From contig CAWCAG010000001.1 of the NCBI GenBank assembly GCA_963793425.1, positions 352,001 through 416,000 on the forward strand: 64,000 nucleotides of DNA. Direction: 5' to 3'. This document shows, one piece after another, positions 59,666-64,000 of this stretch. A program made the translations under genes and the position numbers. The notes below the pieces were generated by a model. The model was not told the origin of the DNA, made no database searches, and saw nothing but the letters and a program-made list of their open reading frames with translations. Numbering within the stretch: position 1 is the first letter of the stretch; each line of letters begins with the position of its first letter. Source of the DNA: an uncultured cyanobacterium. Lineage in GTDB: Bacteria > Cyanobacteriota > Cyanobacteriia > Cyanobacteriales > CAWCAG01.

Positions 59666-60481
59666 CTAAAGATTTTTGAGATCCTTGGCTACTTCTTTGA
59701 GGGAATCCATTTTGCGGTAGCGTGCTTCCACTAACATATGAACGCTATAGGAAAACAAACCACAAGCTACCAAAACTAACATAACCTGACCAAAGGGTTG
59801 TTGAGCAAGAACCCTCAGCGCCCCATCTAAACCACGAGCTTCTTGGGGGTCAAAACGCCAAGCAGCGCGTATTAAGAAAAAACCGACTAAGCTAAATACT
59901 ACACCCCTAGCGGCCATACCGAATTTTCCTATAGTCAGAAATATTTTAGCTAAAGTATTTTCTACTTCTTGGAAATCATGGCGATTTTTACTTCCTAGGT
60001 TAAAGGAATACTGAAAATAGGAACACCCTACACCAATAACAGCGAATCCAGCTAAACCAACTAGCCATCTACCATAGGGAAGTGCCAACAACTTCGCTGT
60101 CCAGTCTGACATTGAAGCGGTATCTTCATTAAAGTCGAGAATAATTTTAGCAGCAGAGAAAGATAAGCCTAAATAGCTTAAACCGCTTAAACCATAACCT
60201 AAACGTACTAAAATGCGTTGGAAGCTTTTTTGAGAGCCATCAGGATCAGCGATCGCCTGGACAAAACGCCAAAAAGCGTAACTGATTAAACCCATAGTAA
60301 TAATGCTTAAAAGCAGTCTACCAAATGGTTGGACGGAAATCACCTGAAGCGCCCCTAATGTATCTGTTTCAATTTCCAAATCATTGCTAGCTAAAATAAG
60401 CTGCAACACCAAGACACTGAGCATTAAATAGACAACACCTTTCGTTAAATAACCGAATTGAGCAAGCTTTTTAATCCACAA
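59666..60481 (-). CDS. DUF1206 family membrane protein
   Basis: GYLTKGVVY, QPFG, ARGVVF, GLDGAL repeats. Confidence 0.8.
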   Translation of the reverse strand: MWIKKLAQFGYLTKGVVYLMLSVLVLQLILASNDLEIETDTLGALQVISVQPFGRLLLSIITMGLISYAFWRFVQAIADPDGSQKSFQRILVRLGYGLSGLSYLGLSFSAAKIILDFNEDTASMSDWTAKLLALPYGRWLVGLAGFAVIGVGCSYFQYSFNLGSKNRHDFQEVENTLAKIFLTIGKFGMAARGVVFSLVGFFLIRAAWRFDPQEARGLDGALRVLAQQPFGQVMLVLVACGLFSYSVHMLVEARYRKMDSLKEVAKDLKNL

Positions 60482-60549
60482 TGTTAAGACAATCTCCTTA
60501 AGCTGAAAGATAGCACTTTTTTTTCAAGAACAAGGAACATCCTAAACTT

Positions 60550-61794
60550 GTGAACACTTATATTCTTAATCTTCTGGTAATTGGCTTACTCTTACTAGTT
60601 GTTACTCTCGGTTCAGACTGGATTTCTTCCCGTTTGCCCCTTTCTTTTGCTCTTATCTATCTTGTCGTTGGCATCGGCTTAGGCCCTTATGGGTTTGGGT
60701 TAATCGAATTACGACCTGATACAGAGTTTATTGAGAGATTAGCAGAATTTGTGGTTATTATCTCAGTTTTTGGCTGCGGACTGAAAATGAATCGCCCTCT
60801 TAAATTTCAGGATTGGCAAACCACCGCCAGATTAATCGGTTTTTTATTGCCCCTTTCGATATTAGCGGTCGCTGCTTCTGGTCATTGGTTACTTGGTTTA
60901 GGCTGGGGAAGCGCTATTCTTTTAGGGGCAATTTTAGCTCCTACAGACCCTGTATTGGCTTCAGAGGTACAATTAGGGGAAGTTAAAGATAAAGATGAGT
61001 TACGCTTCGGTTTAACCTCAGAAGGGGGCTTCAATGATTCTTTGGCTTTTCCCTTTGTTTATTTCGGCCTGTACGCCATTAAAGATAATAACTGGGAAAA
61101 TTGGTTGCGACAATGGCTAATTATCGATTTAATTTGGGCAATTATAGCAGCTTTAGTTATGGGTATTGTGGTTGCCAAAAGCGTGATCTGGATTGATGAG
61201 AGATTTCAACGCTTTCATCCTATTAATGAGATGATGGAAGATTTTATCGCTTTGAGTACAGTTTTACTCACCTATTCCCTAACCGAGTTAGTGAATGGTT
61301 ACGGATTTTTAGCTGTCTTTGTGGCAGGATTTGTAGTCCAAAGAAAATACTATGCTAACCAAAAAAAGCGCCTTGCTCAGTTAGAGTTTATTGAACAAAT
61401 CGAGAAGCTTCTAGAAGTTGCGACAATTTTACTTCTTGGTTCTTTATTACTTGTGGAACCGATACTTAAATACGGTACTCAAGGTTTATTAGTGGCAGGC
61501 TTATTAATTTTCTTGATTCGCCCTATAGGAGTATTACTAAGCTTTCTTGGTTCAAATTTGCCGACAAAAACTCATCTATTGTTCGGCTGGTTTGGTATTC
61601 GTGGAATTGGTTCTCTATATTATCTTACTTATGCTATGGGGCAAGGTTTAGAAGGAGAAGTAGCTGAACAATTAGCTTGGATTACTTATATTGTGGTGGT
61701 TAGTTCAGTGATTCTACACGGTATTAGTGCTACGCCGTTGATGAGTTGGTATGAGAAGAAGGGAGTGGGGGGAGATGGGGAGATGGGGAGCTAG
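60550..61794 (+). CDS. CPA1/NhaP cation:proton antiporter
   Basis: APTDPVLA, EGGFND, GWFGIRGIGS. Confidence 0.9.
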   Translation: MNTYILNLLVIGLLLLVVTLGSDWISSRLPLSFALIYLVVGIGLGPYGFGLIELRPDTEFIERLAEFVVIISVFGCGLKMNRPLKFQDWQTTARLIGFLLPLSILAVAASGHWLLGLGWGSAILLGAILAPTDPVLASEVQLGEVKDKDELRFGLTSEGGFNDSLAFPFVYFGLYAIKDNNWENWLRQWLIIDLIWAIIAALVMGIVVAKSVIWIDERFQRFHPINEMMEDFIALSTVLLTYSLTELVNGYGFLAVFVAGFVVQRKYYANQKKRLAQLEFIEQIEKLLEVATILLLGSLLLVEPILKYGTQGLLVAGLLIFLIRPIGVLLSFLGSNLPTKTHLLFGWFGIRGIGSLYYLTYAMGQGLEGEVAEQLAWITYIVVVSSVILHGISATPLMSWYEKKGVGGDGEMGS

Positions 61795-61817
61795 GGAGCT
61801 AGGGAGGATGTCAACTC

Positions 61818-62927
61818 CTATCGCTCTAGGTTGCGAGGATCTAAAGCATCTCGCAAGCCATCTCCTAATAAGTTAAAGGCTAACACTGTGGTAATAATCA
61901 AAACTGCTGGGGGCCAAATTAACCAAGGTTGTAAGACCAAAATTGAGGCATTGGTTGATAAAGAAAGCATATTACCCCAACTAGGATCTGGTTGCTGAAT
62001 ACCTAAGCCGATTAAGCTTAAAACCGACTCAGCAATGATAAATCCTGGTATAGCTAATGTCGAAGCAGTAATAATATAAGTAGCAGTTTGGGGCAAGACA
62101 TGACGCATAATAATATAAAAAGGGTTTGCTCCAATCACCTTCGCCGCATCCACAAACTCCCGCTCTTTTATAGATAAAACCTGTCCCCTGATTACCCTTG
62201 CCAACCCTGCCCAGCTAATAAAGGAAGTAATTAAAATAATTAGTAGAAAGCGTTGGGCGCTAGTTAAGCCAGGAGGTAATACCGCTGCTAAAGCTATCAG
62301 AAGATAAATGCTAGGAATGGTCATCAGCACCTCCACTAGGCGCATAAGAAAGGCATCTACCCAACCACCAAAATAGCCAGAAATTCCCCCAATGAGAATA
62401 CCCAAAGGGAAGTAGATGATAATCCCTATTAAACCAATACTCAAGCTGATTCTGCCACCAAAAAGCAAGCGACTAAATTGATCTCGCCCTTGTTCATCAG
62501 TACCAAGAATATTTATTTTACCTTCTCCAACAGTCCCAAAGAGGTGAATATTGCCAGGAATGCCTGGGAATATTGTCACTTCGTTGAATACGGGGGGCAA
62601 GGTGAGCTTTAAGAAGCGATAAGACCAACCTTTGGTAAATAATCGAATTGGAGAAGGCTGATTCCTGTTAACTTCTAACTTGCGATCGCCTGTTTCTAAG
62701 CTAGTGGGGCCTTGAGTAATCGGATAAACATGAGGCCCAATAAATTTTCCTTCTTGGTTGCGCCAATAAATTTCTGTTGGTGGCAGCAAAGAGCCATCTT
62801 TTTGGGAAGCATAGGGGTCGTAAGGAACAACAAAATCAGCAGCAATCACAACTAAGTAAAAAACTAGCAGTAATAATGCTCCTAAACGTGCTAAAGGATT
62901 ATTTTTTAGTTTCCGCCACCAATTCAT
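61818..62927 (-). CDS. Peptide ABC transporter permease (DppC/OppC type)
   Basis: LGTDEQGRD, ARVIRGQ, FNLLGDGLRDALDP. Confidence 0.92.
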   Translation of the reverse strand: MNWWRKLKNNPLARLGALLLLVFYLVVIAADFVVPYDPYASQKDGSLLPPTEIYWRNQEGKFIGPHVYPITQGPTSLETGDRKLEVNRNQPSPIRLFTKGWSYRFLKLTLPPVFNEVTIFPGIPGNIHLFGTVGEGKINILGTDEQGRDQFSRLLFGGRISLSIGLIGIIIYFPLGILIGGISGYFGGWVDAFLMRLVEVLMTIPSIYLLIALAAVLPPGLTSAQRFLLIILITSFISWAGLARVIRGQVLSIKEREFVDAAKVIGANPFYIIMRHVLPQTATYIITASTLAIPGFIIAESVLSLIGLGIQQPDPSWGNMLSLSTNASILVLQPWLIWPPAVLIITTVLAFNLLGDGLRDALDPRNLER

Positions 62928-62973
62928 ATTCAGTTGTTACTTCTTAGTTATTAGTTGTTCCCCAAACCTCTTT

Positions 62974-63849
62974 TTAAGCATAGGCCCTTTCTGCCCTTCT
63001 CCTTTGTTCTTCCTGACTCTTTTCATGTTCAACAACAAAGACATTGGAGTAAAGATTTGCTGTAATCTGTTTGCCTTGTTGGGTTAAAGACAAATAGTTT
63101 AAGGCATCTTGAATATAAGGATAAACGGCATTCCAATAAAAAGAGGGATACCCTTGACGTAAATCATCAGGATGCTTGTATCCTAGAGCTTTGTTGGCTC
63201 CTGTTTCTTCAAACTCGTAGAATAAAGCACTAATTTTTTTGAGGTAACGTGGATCGCTAAGTTGACCAATTAAATCAGCAGCGCGAATCAAACCCGCATA
63301 ATGAACTGTATCCCGATGATCGTCTTTATCAGGAACAGGGAAACGGGTTAATTCAATGCTACGCTTAATAAACTCAGAATCAATCAGTTTGTGGCCACCA
63401 AAACGCTCGTCGATAAATAGTTTACCCCGATCAACATGATAAGGAGTTAGACTAGCATCGGAAGCACCAGGGGGTAAATGAATCATTTCTCCATCTCTCC
63501 CTGTGGCATAGAGCCTTTCTAGTTCGCGATCTTGGCGGCAGACACCTTTGACATAACCAATATCGTGGCAAGCTAGGGAAATAATAAAGTGAAGCCAATC
63601 TTCTACTGTTACTCCCCCTTCTCGGATATGTTTACCCCGTAAGACTTCTTGCCCCACGAGAGTAACTAAAATGGAGTGTTCCACATTATGATAGAGAGCA
63701 TCGCTATTGGCAATGTTTTCCATTGCCATACTGCCCGCCCAAGCAATAATATCTTCGTAGTCATTGTGTAGCGCCCCGTAAGTGCGGTGATAGCCCTTGC
63801 GGAGTTTAGCAACAAATTCGTCTATAAGTATTTCGGTGGCGTTAAACAT
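62974..63849 (-). CDS. HD-domain metalloprotein (Npun_R2479-like)
   Basis: YHNVEH, HDIGY, ADLIGQ. Confidence 0.85.
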   Translation of the reverse strand: MFNATEILIDEFVAKLRKGYHRTYGALHNDYEDIIAWAGSMAMENIANSDALYHNVEHSILVTLVGQEVLRGKHIREGGVTVEDWLHFIISLACHDIGYVKGVCRQDRELERLYATGRDGEMIHLPPGASDASLTPYHVDRGKLFIDERFGGHKLIDSEFIKRSIELTRFPVPDKDDHRDTVHYAGLIRAADLIGQLSDPRYLKKISALFYEFEETGANKALGYKHPDDLRQGYPSFYWNAVYPYIQDALNYLSLTQQGKQITANLYSNVFVVEHEKSQEEQRRRAERAYA

Positions 63850-64000
63850 CCTTGGTACTCACTTGTACTGATAGTCGTAAAATGGGATTTCTCTAATTTC
63901 GACTGGAAAGCTTGGTAGCTTTTGGGGCTAATCGATATGCTAAAACACTAAGGGTTGATTTTAGTACAGTGCTAAAATTAAATTGTTTAAATCATAGGAT

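Noticed and set aside
1..64000. tRNA, rRNA, intact IS, integrase or prophage
   Set aside because: None recognised in the sequence or the ORF track.

Overview
Cyanobacterial chromosomal segment: it carries cpcG, cpcS and nblA, many HIP1 GCGATCGC octamers, and 7-8 nt short tandem repeats between genes. Housekeeping genes (pgk, asnS, aspA-like, trpD, moaE, dapB, futB/futC, rnz, prxQ) are interleaved with four accessory modules. (1) 4190-7160(-): an NLR-like locus. A 135-aa helical ORF with an N/Q-rich tail ends in TGA, and the same frame continues with no ATG/GTG/TTG, past a GC hairpin, into an NB-ARC P-loop and an 8x120-bp TPR array. This is a candidate stop-codon readthrough system, although five 1-nt indels break its distal part. 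(2) 7414-23504: a DUF11/Ig-fold cluster with a large beta-barrel-like protein, whose subunits look like donor-strand, isopeptide-linked fibre subunits; a TPS-CHAT gene sits inside it. (3) 35605-41723(-): an RcaD-like / P-loop ATPase / exonuclease-nuclease-FtsK operon. (4) 50732-54913(+): a NACHT protein with a C-terminal PD-(D/E)XK domain. Several gene remnants and REP/RAYT traces are also present. All family assignments come from reading motifs by eye; no searches were run.
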